This document shows, piece after piece, positions 17,132 through 25,373 of a stretch of 38,324 nucleotides of DNA. A model generated the notes under the pieces. That model saw nothing but the letters and a program-made list of their open reading frames with translations, was not told where the DNA came from and searched no databases. The DNA comes from an uncultured Solirubrobacterales bacterium (GTDB lineage Bacteria; Actinomycetota; Thermoleophilia; Solirubrobacterales; Solirubrobacteraceae): the NCBI GenBank assembly GCA_903959665.1, contig CAJBXY010000125.1:1-38324 (forward strand), given 5' to 3'. The position numbers and the translations under genes were made by a program. Positions within the stretch are counted from its first letter, which is position 1; every line of letters begins with the position of its first letter.

Positions 17132-17568
17132 CGCCCGGCCGCGCTGTGCCAAACCTCAACTGAGACAGATTCAACCGCGAGCGCGATCGGCGGCTCCGGC
17201 TTTGTCGCCTTGACCCATACTTCTCGCGCGTCGAACTCATCGAGCAGCTGGTTGGCGACCTCGGTGCAGAGCGCCTCAAGCGTGCGGTATGAGCGGCGCT
17301 GGGCGACAAGCGCGATGAACTCGCAGACGCGGCCGTAGTCAACGGTGTCCTCAACGCGGTCGGTTACCGTTGCGTCGCAGGCGCCGACGTCGAAGCGAAG
17401 GTCGAAGACGAGCCGCTGGCCGATCTCCTGCTCAGCGTCGCTGACGCCATGGTGGGTGTAAAGCGAGAGGCCGGTGATCTCGATGCTGGTAGCGGCCAGC
17501 TCGCTGCTGCGCTCGCCGAATTCCTCGTCGAACTCCTCATTCTCCTCGTGCTCCTCGTCAGCGTCCAT
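17128..17568 (-). CDS. folB: Dihydroneopterin aldolase with an acidic N-terminal extension
   Basis: The core IEITGLSLYTHHGVSDAEQEIGQRLVFDL and DYGRV motifs are present. I preferred the ATG at 17568; a GTG at 17586 is also possible. Confidence 0.85.
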   Translation of the reverse strand: MDADEEHEENEEFDEEFGERSSELAATSIEITGLSLYTHHGVSDAEQEIGQRLVFDLRFDVGACDATVTDRVEDTVDYGRVCEFIALVAQRRSYRTLEALCTEVANQLLDEFDAREVWVKATKPEPPIALAVESVSVEVWHSAAGR

Positions 17569-18373
17569 CGCGCGCCAACGTAGCACTAGCGAGCTTCAAG
17601 CCGTCGACGGTTGCTCGCACATCGTGGACGCGAAAGACGCTGGCGCCGCGCTCAAATGCGAGCACGTTGGCGGCAACGGTTGCCGCAACGCGCTGGTCGG
17701 GGCGCTCGGCGCCGGTCAGCTCGCCAAGGAAACGCTTGCGCGAAAGCCCGATCACGACTCGGTAGCCGAGCCCAGCGACGGCCTCAAGCCCCGCCAGCAG
17801 CTCAAGGTTGTGCTCGAGCGTCTTGCCGAAGCCGATCCCTGGGTCGACGGCGATCCGTTCGCGCTTGATCCCGGCGGCGAGCGCTAACTCGGCGCGCTCG
17901 CTGAGAAACTCGCAGACCTCGGCGACAACGTCGTCGTACTGCGGGTCGTCCTGCATCGTTTGCGGCGAGCCGAGCATGTGCATCAGACAGCAGTCGCAGC
18001 CAGCTTCGGCGACGAGCTGCGCCATCTGTGGCTCGCGCGTAAAGGCGCTGACGTCGTTGATGTAACTGGCGCCGGCCTCGAGCGCGGCCTGCGCCACGCC
18101 AAGCTTCATCGTGTCAATGCTGATCTGAACCTGAGGCGCCGCGGCAGCGATCCCCTCAATTACGGGGATCACGCGGCGCAGCTCCTCGGCATGATCGACC
18201 GGCTCGGCGCCAGGGCGCGTTGACTCGCCACCGACGTCGATGATCGCCGCGCCCTGCTCAACCAGCTCCAGGCTGTGCGCGATCGCCGCCTCGGCGGTTG
18301 GAAGCAGGCCGCCGTCTGAGAACGAATCGGGCGTCGCATTACAGACCCCCATCACCTTCCAAGCAGCGCTCAT
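17558..18373 (-). CDS. folP: Dihydropteroate synthase
   Basis: A 271-aa ORF with motifs GVCNATPDSFSDGG, IIDVGGESTRPG, INDVS and DPGIGFGK. Confidence 0.95.
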   Translation of the reverse strand: MSAAWKVMGVCNATPDSFSDGGLLPTAEAAIAHSLELVEQGAAIIDVGGESTRPGAEPVDHAEELRRVIPVIEGIAAAAPQVQISIDTMKLGVAQAALEAGASYINDVSAFTREPQMAQLVAEAGCDCCLMHMLGSPQTMQDDPQYDDVVAEVCEFLSERAELALAAGIKRERIAVDPGIGFGKTLEHNLELLAGLEAVAGLGYRVVIGLSRKRFLGELTGAERPDQRVAATVAANVLAFERGASVFRVHDVRATVDGLKLASATLARDGR

Positions 18374-18397
18374 CGGGCTAGCCGCGCGCGCCGCGAA

Positions 18398-20386
18398 TCA
18401 GGCCGGTTCAGGCTTCTCAGGCAGATCGAGGCCACGCGCCTCGAGCGCGCCACCGGCAAGGCCGGGCAGCGTCGTTGGCCGCGGAGCGTCGCGCTCAGCC
18501 TCGGTTGCGCCTTCAGGCGTTCCGTCGGTCGGCGGCGCCGGAGCGTCGTCAGGGCCGAAGACCTCTTCTTCGCTTTTTCCGTCGAGCAGCGCAAGGAATT
18601 CATTCTTCTCGATCGTCTCACGCTTGAGCAGAATCCGTGAAGTTGTTTCGAGCGCCTCGCGGTGCTCGGTCAGCATGTCCTTGGCGCGCTGGTGCGACGA
18701 TTCGACGATGCGGCGGATCTCATCGTCGATCTCGCGCGCAATCTCATCGGAGTAATCCGGCTCTGAGGAAAACTCACGGCCGAGGAAAGGCTGCCCTTGA
18801 TCGCGGCCGAAGACGCGCGGGCCGAGCCGTTCGCTCATTCCAAAGCGCATCACCATCTGCTTGGCGGTAGCGGTGACCTTCTCGATGTCGTTCGAAGCGC
18901 CGGTAGTGATCTCGCTAAAGACGATCTCCTCTGCCGCACGGCCACCGAGCGTCATCGCCATCGAATCGAGCAGCTCGGCGCGCGTCGTGAGGAAGCGATC
19001 CTCTTGCGGCATTGAGATCGTGTAGCCGAGCGCTTGGCCGCGGCTGACGATTGAGATCTTGTGGACCGGATCGGAAAACTCGAGGTAGTGGCCGACGATC
19101 GCGTGGCCCATCTCGTGGAATGCGGTTACGAGCCGCTCCTTGTCGCTCATCACACGCGTCTTCTTTTCGGGGCCTGCGATCACGCGCATGATCCCCTCCT
19201 CAAGCTCAACCTGAGTTACTTCGCGCTTGCCGTGGCGGGCCGCCAGCAGCGCCGCCTCGTTGACGAGGTTGGCCAGATCGGCGCCGGTGAAACCTGGCGT
19301 CTGGCCTGCCAACGTGTCTGTGTCGATCTCCTTCGCCAGTGGCTTGCCGCGGGTGTGAACGTCGAGGATTCGTGCACGGCCTTTGCGATCGGGGCGATCG
19401 ACGACGATCTGGCGGTCAAAACGGCCCGGGCGCAGCAGCGCTGGATCAAGAATGTCGGGGCGGTTGGTGGCGGCGATCAGGATCACGTTGTCGGTCATCG
19501 TGAAGCCGTCCATCTCAACGAGGAGCTGGTTGAGCGTCTGTTCGCGCTCGTCGTGACCGCCGCCCATGCCGGCGCCGCGGTGGCGGCCGACGGCGTCGAT
19601 CTCGTCAACGAAGATGATGCAAGGAGAGTTCTGCTTCGCCTGCTCGAAGAGGTCGCGAACGCGGCTGGCGCCGACGCCGACGAACATCTCGACAAAGTCT
19701 GAGCCGGAGATCGAGAAGAAGGGAACGCCGGCCTCGCCTGCGACGGCGCGTGCCAGCAGCGTCTTGCCGGTCCCTGGAGGGCCAAAGAGCAGCACTCCCT
19801 TCGGGATACGGGCGCCAAGCGCCTGGAACTTTTTCGGATTCTCGAGGAACTCTTTGATCTCGTGCAGCTCTTCGACCGCTTCGTCAACACCGGCGACGTC
19901 GCGGAATGTGATCTTCGGCGAATCGGCCGTCATCCGCTTGGCGCGGGACTTACCGAACGACATCACCTTTGAGCCGCCGCCTTGCATCTGGTTCATTAGG
20001 AAGATCCAGAAGCCGATGAAAATCAGGAACGGCAACACGTAGGTCAGCAGCGAGAGCCAACCGCTCGTCTTGCTGCTTTGAATGTTGTATCCGCCGGAGA
20101 GCTTGCCTTGATCCTCAGCGCTCTGAAGCTGCGCTTCAAGCCGATCTGCGCCCGCGGTCGTGAAGCCGGTTTCGTACTCCTTGCCGCTGCGCGGGACGAC
20201 GACGACGGTGTTGTTCTTCGTCTTTAGGTCTACCGACTTGAGCTCACCTGCAGAAAGCTGGGCGATGAACTCGCTGTAGGTCGGGGCCTTCTCCTTCTGC
20301 CCGCCTGTGATCAAGCGCTGCGCGAAGAACGCGAGCACGATCACGATCAGGATTGGGAAGGCTGCGCTCTTGAAAAAACGGCTCAT
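18398..20386 (-). CDS. ftsH: ATP-dependent zinc metalloprotease FtsH
   Basis: A 662-aa ORF with two N-terminal TM helices, Walker A GPPGTGKT, an SRH region, the HEMGH zinc site and a Pro/Ala/Glu-rich C-terminal tail. Confidence 0.95.
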   Translation of the reverse strand: MSRFFKSAAFPILIVIVLAFFAQRLITGGQKEKAPTYSEFIAQLSAGELKSVDLKTKNNTVVVVPRSGKEYETGFTTAGADRLEAQLQSAEDQGKLSGGYNIQSSKTSGWLSLLTYVLPFLIFIGFWIFLMNQMQGGGSKVMSFGKSRAKRMTADSPKITFRDVAGVDEAVEELHEIKEFLENPKKFQALGARIPKGVLLFGPPGTGKTLLARAVAGEAGVPFFSISGSDFVEMFVGVGASRVRDLFEQAKQNSPCIIFVDEIDAVGRHRGAGMGGGHDEREQTLNQLLVEMDGFTMTDNVILIAATNRPDILDPALLRPGRFDRQIVVDRPDRKGRARILDVHTRGKPLAKEIDTDTLAGQTPGFTGADLANLVNEAALLAARHGKREVTQVELEEGIMRVIAGPEKKTRVMSDKERLVTAFHEMGHAIVGHYLEFSDPVHKISIVSRGQALGYTISMPQEDRFLTTRAELLDSMAMTLGGRAAEEIVFSEITTGASNDIEKVTATAKQMVMRFGMSERLGPRVFGRDQGQPFLGREFSSEPDYSDEIAREIDDEIRRIVESSHQRAKDMLTEHREALETTSRILLKRETIEKNEFLALLDGKSEEEVFGPDDAPAPPTDGTPEGATEAERDAPRPTTLPGLAGGALEARGLDLPEKPEPA

Positions 20387-20465
20387 TGAGTGGGATACGT
20401 TAGGTGGATAGCTGTTGGATTACGTCGATGGGACAGATCCTTCAGGGTAACAGCCAACCGCTGCC

Positions 20466-21011
20466 CTACGAACCGCTCTCTGGCCGCAGCAGCGAGGCAA
20501 CGTAAGGCAGATTGCGCCAACGCTCGGCGTGATCGAGGCCGTAACCGATCGCGAATCGGTTGGGGATCTCGAAACCGACGTACTTGATCGGCACGTCGGC
20601 CTTGCGACGCTCGGGCTTCGTCAGCAGCGAACAGACCTCAAGCGAGGCCGGATCGCGCGCGCCGAGGTTGCGCAGCAGGTACTGCAGCGTCAGCCCGGAG
20701 TCGACGATGTCCTCGACAATCAGAACGTCGCGGCCTTCGATCGGCGCGTCGAGATCCTTGAGGATTCTCACTACGCCGCTGGAATCGGTCTGAGAGCCGT
20801 AGGAGGCGAGCGCCATGAAATCGAGCTCGCATGGCGCCGTGATCTTGCGCATCAGGTCGGCGAGGAAAAAGGTGGCTCCTTTGAGCACTCCGACGAGCAG
20901 CAGGTCGCGCCCTTCATAGTCGGCGCTGATCTGGGCGCCGAGCGCGCGCACGCGCTCCTTCAGCTGGTCGGGCTGAACGAGAATCTCACCGATCGGCGGG
21001 TCGTCACTCAT
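20466..21011 (-). CDS. hpt: Hypoxanthine phosphoribosyltransferase
   Basis: A 181-aa ORF with the PRPP-binding motif VLIVEDIVDSGLTL. Confidence 0.95.
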   Translation of the reverse strand: MSDDPPIGEILVQPDQLKERVRALGAQISADYEGRDLLLVGVLKGATFFLADLMRKITAPCELDFMALASYGSQTDSSGVVRILKDLDAPIEGRDVLIVEDIVDSGLTLQYLLRNLGARDPASLEVCSLLTKPERRKADVPIKYVGFEIPNRFAIGYGLDHAERWRNLPYVASLLRPESGS

Positions 21012-21022
21012 CGCCGCGGAGA

Positions 21023-22003
21023 TTACCCTTCGACCGGCCGGCGAGCAGCGCGCCGCGGTGAGCGTTCAAAGGCCAGCATTCCCTTGACGATTACGGCGCG
21101 CGCACCGCCGCCGACGTCGAGCGCGGCTGAGCCGCTGCCTGAGCCGCCAAGTTCGATCAGCTCTTCGATCCGCGCGGCAGCCTGCGGGCAGAGCGAACCG
21201 GTCGCCTCCTCGGCCAGCCGCCGAACGACGAGCCGCGCCAGCGCCGGCGGCAGCGCGGCAAGATGCTCGGTCGAAATCTCGCTCTTTCCCGCCAACGCGG
21301 TGTCGACGACGAACTCCAACACCTCGGCCTCATCGCGGAGCAGCTCGGCGCTCTGCAAGATGTTCTCGTCGGTAGCCGGGTGAACGCTGCGCAGCGCCGG
21401 CAGAACCTGGCCGCGGATCCGGCCGCGGGCGTACTTGTCGGTCTCATTGCTGGCGTCCTCGCACCACTGCAGGCCGCGCGCGCGGCACCACTCGGCTGTC
21501 TCTTCGCGCGTGAAGCGAGCACGCAGCAGCGGGCGGATCAGAATCCCGCGCTGATCGGGCATGCCAACGAGCGAGCGGCGGCCCGGCGACGCGGCAAGGC
21601 GGTAGAGCACGGTCTCAACCTGATCGCTGGCGGTGTGGCCGGCAGCGAGCTGCGCGCCGGCGGCGCTGGCGAGCTGCGCGCCGAGGCCGTAGCGCACGTC
21701 GCGCGCCCAGGCTTGAACGTTTCCTTCGCGCGGGGCGCTCGCGTTCTCGACGGTTAGTCCAATCCCGAGCTGCTGGCAGAGCCGGCGGCAGAGTTGCTCG
21801 TCGTCCCCAGCTTCGCCGCGCAGTCCATAGTTGACGTGTAGTGCGGTCACCTTTTCGCTACCGCAAAGCTCTACGGCGATGTCCAGCAGGCAGACCGAAT
21901 CGCGGCCACCGGAGAGGCAGACGACGACCGCCTGGCTAGGCGCAAGCAGGCCACCTTCGCGAACCCGTTCGAGCAACTCGTCTGTGGGCATCGGCGCGAT
22001 CAC
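21023..22003 (-). CDS. tilS: tRNA(Ile)-lysidine synthase
   Basis: PP-loop motif VCLSGGRDSV. The GTG start at 22003 overlaps the cyclase stop; an alternative ATG lies at 21991. Confidence 0.9.
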   Translation of the reverse strand: MIAPMPTDELLERVREGGLLAPSQAVVVCLSGGRDSVCLLDIAVELCGSEKVTALHVNYGLRGEAGDDEQLCRRLCQQLGIGLTVENASAPREGNVQAWARDVRYGLGAQLASAAGAQLAAGHTASDQVETVLYRLAASPGRRSLVGMPDQRGILIRPLLRARFTREETAEWCRARGLQWCEDASNETDKYARGRIRGQVLPALRSVHPATDENILQSAELLRDEAEVLEFVVDTALAGKSEISTEHLAALPPALARLVVRRLAEEATGSLCPQAAARIEELIELGGSGSGSAALDVGGGARAVIVKGMLAFERSPRRAARRPVEG

Positions 22004-23220
22004 TTCCCGCCAGCGGAATCGGCCAAGAAAAGCTCGGTCGCGTGGCTGAAGCCCTTCAGTTTAACTTCGCCGATCCGCTCAAACTCAAGATGCTTGCCTG
22101 CCATCTCGACCACCGGCCAAGTGACTAGAACTTCACCTGCCGCCGCGCGCGCGGCAACGCGGGCAGCGAGGTTGACCTCGCGCCCGAAGTAGTCGCCGTC
22201 GCGGAAGACGACGTTGCCGCAGTGGATTCCAATTCGAGGCAGCGGCCGCTCATTGCTCAGAATCTGAAAGCCAACGGCCCAGTCGATCAGCGAAGCTGCG
22301 TCAGAGGAGACGATCATCACCTCGTCGCCGATCGTCTTCAAAATCCTTGCCTCGTCGGGCAGCGACTGGCTGACGTTGGCGACGAAACGCTCGACGATCC
22401 CCGCTGCCTCCTCATCGCCGACCTCCTCCGTCAGCTGCGTGTAACCGGCGAGATCGGCAAAAGCGATCGCTACGCGAACCTGGCCGATCTCGCTCCCCGG
22501 CTCGGTTTCCATGTGGCCGACGATGTCCTGCTCAACAAAGTGGTTGAGGAAGCGCCGGTGGAGATGGTCGATCACCGGCGAGAAGAGCGGCAGTAGCTCC
22601 TCCGTGATCGTGCCCATCTGCTCGGCGATCCGCTCGCTCGAAACACCTTTCCGCAGCAGCGGCTCGTGAACGTGGAGGTGGACGAGGCGAACCTCGGCAT
22701 CGGCGATCTTCGAGACAGCCTGCCCGTATACGCGGACCGTCTGCAGCAGCGCGTCACGCGGGTAGCCGGAGTTGACGGCGGTGGCGAAGTGTTTGAACAT
22801 CTCGACGTCCTCGCTGCCAAGATCATCGATTGCGCCGGAGGGAAGCCCGATCGCGGCGATCAGCTCTTCGATCGCTTCGGCCTTTAGGCCGCTCGCCTTC
22901 GCTGCCTCTTTGAGCGTGAACCGTTCGCCCACGATCTCGCCAACCAGCTCATCGGTGTAGCCGACGATCCGCCCTTCATCGATCGCCTCCTGAAGCTGCT
23001 CGATCGAGTAGCCGCGCTCACGCAACTTCACCAGCGAGCGGGCTTGAGCGATAGCGCTCGGGCCCCAGCCCTTGCTGAGGTCGTGCTTTGGGAAGAGACC
23101 AAGAGCGACCCAGCGACGCAGAGTTGAAAGCGAGACGCCGATCCGCTCTGCGGCCTCGGCGCCGGCGAGTTTCTCACCCGCTTGGGGCTGCCGGTCGGCG
23201 GCGGGCTCGTCGTCGATCAT
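22000..23220 (-). CDS. MerR-type HTH / helical regulatory domain / class III adenylate cyclase fusion
   Basis: A 406-aa ORF. The N-terminus carries GVSLSTLRRWVALGLFP ... LRERGYSIEQLQEAI (MerR-like HTH). The C-terminus carries the cyclase motifs AFADLAGYT and LKTIGDEVM (metal Asp residues, Lys adenine specifier) and GREVNLAARV (Asn/Arg). Confidence 0.85.
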   Translation of the reverse strand: MIDDEPAADRQPQAGEKLAGAEAAERIGVSLSTLRRWVALGLFPKHDLSKGWGPSAIAQARSLVKLRERGYSIEQLQEAIDEGRIVGYTDELVGEIVGERFTLKEAAKASGLKAEAIEELIAAIGLPSGAIDDLGSEDVEMFKHFATAVNSGYPRDALLQTVRVYGQAVSKIADAEVRLVHLHVHEPLLRKGVSSERIAEQMGTITEELLPLFSPVIDHLHRRFLNHFVEQDIVGHMETEPGSEIGQVRVAIAFADLAGYTQLTEEVGDEEAAGIVERFVANVSQSLPDEARILKTIGDEVMIVSSDAASLIDWAVGFQILSNERPLPRIGIHCGNVVFRDGDYFGREVNLAARVAARAAAGEVLVTWPVVEMAGKHLEFERIGEVKLKGFSHATELFLADSAGGK

Positions 23221-23239
23221 CGAGCGACCACTCTTGCGC

Positions 23240-23668
23240 TTACTTGACTACGAGCTGCGGGTAGTCGGCCTCGAGCATCGAACGGTAAAGCCCGTAAACC
23301 GGCTTTGTGATTGGGATCAGCGCCAACGCCGATTTTACGTCGCCGCCGGCCTTGATCCGCCTGCGCGCGATCGCCACCGGCACGTTCTCTTTGCCTTGGA
23401 AGTAGCGGTTGGCGACCTCGGAGCTCATTGTCAGCTTTACCTTCGGCTCCCAATCGATCTCGTCGGTCCACTCCCAATAGAGGTTCCCTTGCTCGCCTTC
23501 GCGCGCGGCGCGGGCGTTGACTACGAGGTCCATGTCATCGAACTCAAAACGCTGCGGAACGTCGGCGTCGCGAAGCTTTGGCCCCATCTCGGGGTCTTCG
23601 CTCATCAGCGTCATCACGCCGTCGATGACGGTTCGAAACTGCTCAGCCGAGTCGAACTGAATGGCCAT
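23240..23668 (-). CDS. SCP2 (sterol-carrier/lipid-binding) domain protein
   Basis: A 142-aa ORF with the SCP2 pattern: an N-terminal helix, the FEFDDMDLVVNA strand, and LTMSSEVANRYFQGKENVPVAIARRRIKAGGDVKSALALIP. Its ATG shares an A with the upstream TGA (TGATG). Confidence 0.75.
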   Translation of the reverse strand: MAIQFDSAEQFRTVIDGVMTLMSEDPEMGPKLRDADVPQRFEFDDMDLVVNARAAREGEQGNLYWEWTDEIDWEPKVKLTMSSEVANRYFQGKENVPVAIARRRIKAGGDVKSALALIPITKPVYGLYRSMLEADYPQLVVK

Positions 23669-24066
23669 CAGCGCGCTGACTTGGCTGGAGCCGCCTTCTT
23701 GCGTGGGGCGGCCTTCTTGCGCGGAGCTGCCTTCTTGCGCGGAGCCGCGGCAGGCTTCTTCGCTGCGGTGCGCCGCGATCCGGCCGGCGTAGAGCGCTCC
23801 AACGCGCCGATCCGCCGCTCGATCACGGCGAGCCGTTCTTCAAGCCGCTTTAGATCCTCGGTCGTTGGCGGCAGCGCGTCCTCGACAACATCGCGAACCC
23901 GCTGCGCAGCGGCGGCAAGCTCATCGGCGATGTCGGCGGCGCGGTCGGGGCGCAGCTGCGCTCCGGCGGTCTGAAACGCCTGATCAACGGCGGAGCGAAC
24001 TTGATCCCCGCGTGAGCCGCGCTTCTTATTCTTGCTCTTTGAAGACTTCTTCTGATCTTTGGCCAT
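23668..24066 (-). CDS. Lys-rich coiled-coil protein with a phasin-type motif and a histone-H1/HbhA/PhaF-like AAPRKK repeat tail
   Basis: A 132-aa ORF with a basic N-terminus (KKSSKSKNKKRGS), a central PTTEDLKRLEERLAVIERRIGALE segment and a C-terminal AAKKPAAAPRKKAAPRKKAAPRKKAAPAKSAR tail. Confidence 0.6.
   Translation of the reverse strand: MAKDQKKSSKSKNKKRGSRGDQVRSAVDQAFQTAGAQLRPDRAADIADELAAAAQRVRDVVEDALPPTTEDLKRLEERLAVIERRIGALERSTPAGSRRTAAKKPAAAPRKKAAPRKKAAPRKKAAPAKSAR
23693..23764 (-). repeat. 18-bp tandem repeat, three good copies plus one degenerate, encoding (AAPRKK)n
   Basis: Copies read directly: gccttcttgcgtggggcg / gccttcttgcgcggagct / gccttcttgcgcggagcc / gcggcaggcttcttcgct. Confidence 0.8.
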
Positions 24067-24787
24067 AGCTTCACAATACTCTCGCTCGGTTATCTCTGCT
24101 CAGCCACGCCATGTTCACCCGACGGCCCCGCTCGCGCCGCGCGCGCTGCTCACCGGCGACCCTGGCCGGGCCTTGGCGTTGGCGCAGCTACTGACCAGCG
24201 AGCCGAAGATGTTTAACCACAATCGCGGCCTCTGGGGTTACAGCGGCCTGGCCGAAGATGGCGAAGCGCTAACGATCATGAGCCACGGGATCGGCGGGCC
24301 GAGCGCCGCGATAGTGCTCGAAGAGCTCTGCGACCTTGGTTTGGAGCGGGCGATTCGCATTGGCTCCTGCGGCGCGCTCAGCGAAGCACTCGAGCTGGGG
24401 CAGTTGATCTGCGCCGATGATCTGATTGGCGCCGACGGAACCAGCCGGGCGCTGGTCGGCGAAGCAGCGCTGATTCCTGACCGGCAGATGACCGAGCTGC
24501 TGGCGGCCGCGGCCGACCACAGCGGCCCGGTCGTCAGCGCCGACCTTTTCTACGAGCGCGGAACCGAGCGGATCGAACGTTGGAAAGCGTCGGGAGCGCT
24601 GGCCGTTGAGATGGAGGCTGCCGCGCTGCTCGCCGTTGCGAAGCTGCGATCGATCCGCTTTGCCGCGCTACTGATGGTTAGCGACGAATCGGCTGGCGCC
24701 GGCGCGAGGCTGGAGGGAATCGCTCTCGAACGCGCTACCGAGCGACTCGGGCGAGCCGGCTTGGCGGCGCTGCTGGCGAGCGGCTAA
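24059..24787 (+). CDS. Nucleoside phosphorylase (PNP/UDP family 1, DeoD/Udp-like)
   Basis: Motifs LLTGDPGRALALAQLL, SHGIGGPSAAIVLEEL, IRIGSCGAL and EMEAAALL. The start is uncertain. The listed ATG overlaps the divergent gene by 8 nt, and there is no downstream in-frame ATG before the conserved core. Confidence 0.75.
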   Translation: MAIASQYSRSVISAQPRHVHPTAPLAPRALLTGDPGRALALAQLLTSEPKMFNHNRGLWGYSGLAEDGEALTIMSHGIGGPSAAIVLEELCDLGLERAIRIGSCGALSEALELGQLICADDLIGADGTSRALVGEAALIPDRQMTELLAAAADHSGPVVSADLFYERGTERIERWKASGALAVEMEAAALLAVAKLRSIRFAALLMVSDESAGAGARLEGIALERATERLGRAGLAALLASG

Positions 24788-24792
24788 AGCGC

Positions 24793-25176
24793 CTAGGAGC
24801 TTTTTTCGGCGAGCAACGAAAGTTCGATTGCGGCCAGCCGTTCGTCGATCGCAGCGAGCCGCTCGTCGAGCGAGATCTGCGAGTTCTTGTTGAAGCGCTG
24901 ATCGAGGCGATCAACCGAATCCTCGATCCCTTCGAGCCGCTGGGCGACGGAGCGCACGCGGCGGGTGAGGCGCTCGAGGTCGGCGGCCGAAGGCAGGTTG
25001 AGTGCCCCCATTGCCACCTCTTGAGCTTGGGTTGCGCGCTCGCGAGCCTCAAAGGCGCGTCCGATCGCGCTGCTTACGAGAGGGTTCTCGAGCAGCTCCT
25101 GAGCGAGGCGGCCAATTGCGTCCTCACTTCCGCGCGTGAATCGGTCCTTTATGCCATCGGCAGTTTCATCGGTCAT
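24793..25176 (-). CDS. Phasin-motif coiled-coil protein, paralog-like to 23668-24066 but lacking the basic tail
   Basis: About 127 aa from the ATG at 25176, which has a GGGAGA SD 6 nt upstream. The LNLPSAADLERLTRRVRSVAQRLEGIEDSVDRL motif resembles the PHA-granule phasin/PhaF N-domain motif. The longer 161-aa ORF adds an Arg/Thr-rich artefact. Confidence 0.6.
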   Translation of the reverse strand: MTDETADGIKDRFTRGSEDAIGRLAQELLENPLVSSAIGRAFEARERATQAQEVAMGALNLPSAADLERLTRRVRSVAQRLEGIEDSVDRLDQRFNKNSQISLDERLAAIDERLAAIELSLLAEKSS

Positions 25177-25373
25177 TTTGATCTCCCTGCTAGCTCGCTT
25201 ACCCATCCACGGTACTGGGGTGCGGGCTGTTGCGGCGCGCCGCGTGGTGGTAGCTTCGCTGGCCCCTGTCCACGCCACTTAACTTCCGATTCGTTCAAGT
25301 TGAAGCGCCTTGGCCGCTAGGCCCGGCCGACGGCCGCTACATCGTCCGCGGTCACGCCGGCGAACCGAGCCAC

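Noticed and set aside
22000-23220. The cyclase as a Pycsar/CBASS-like antiphage signalling enzyme.
   Set aside because: There is no adjacent effector with a cNMP-binding, TIR, patatin or pore-forming domain. The Lys specifier and the Rv1264-like regulatory layout point to a housekeeping or sensory adenylate cyclase embedded in a core operon.
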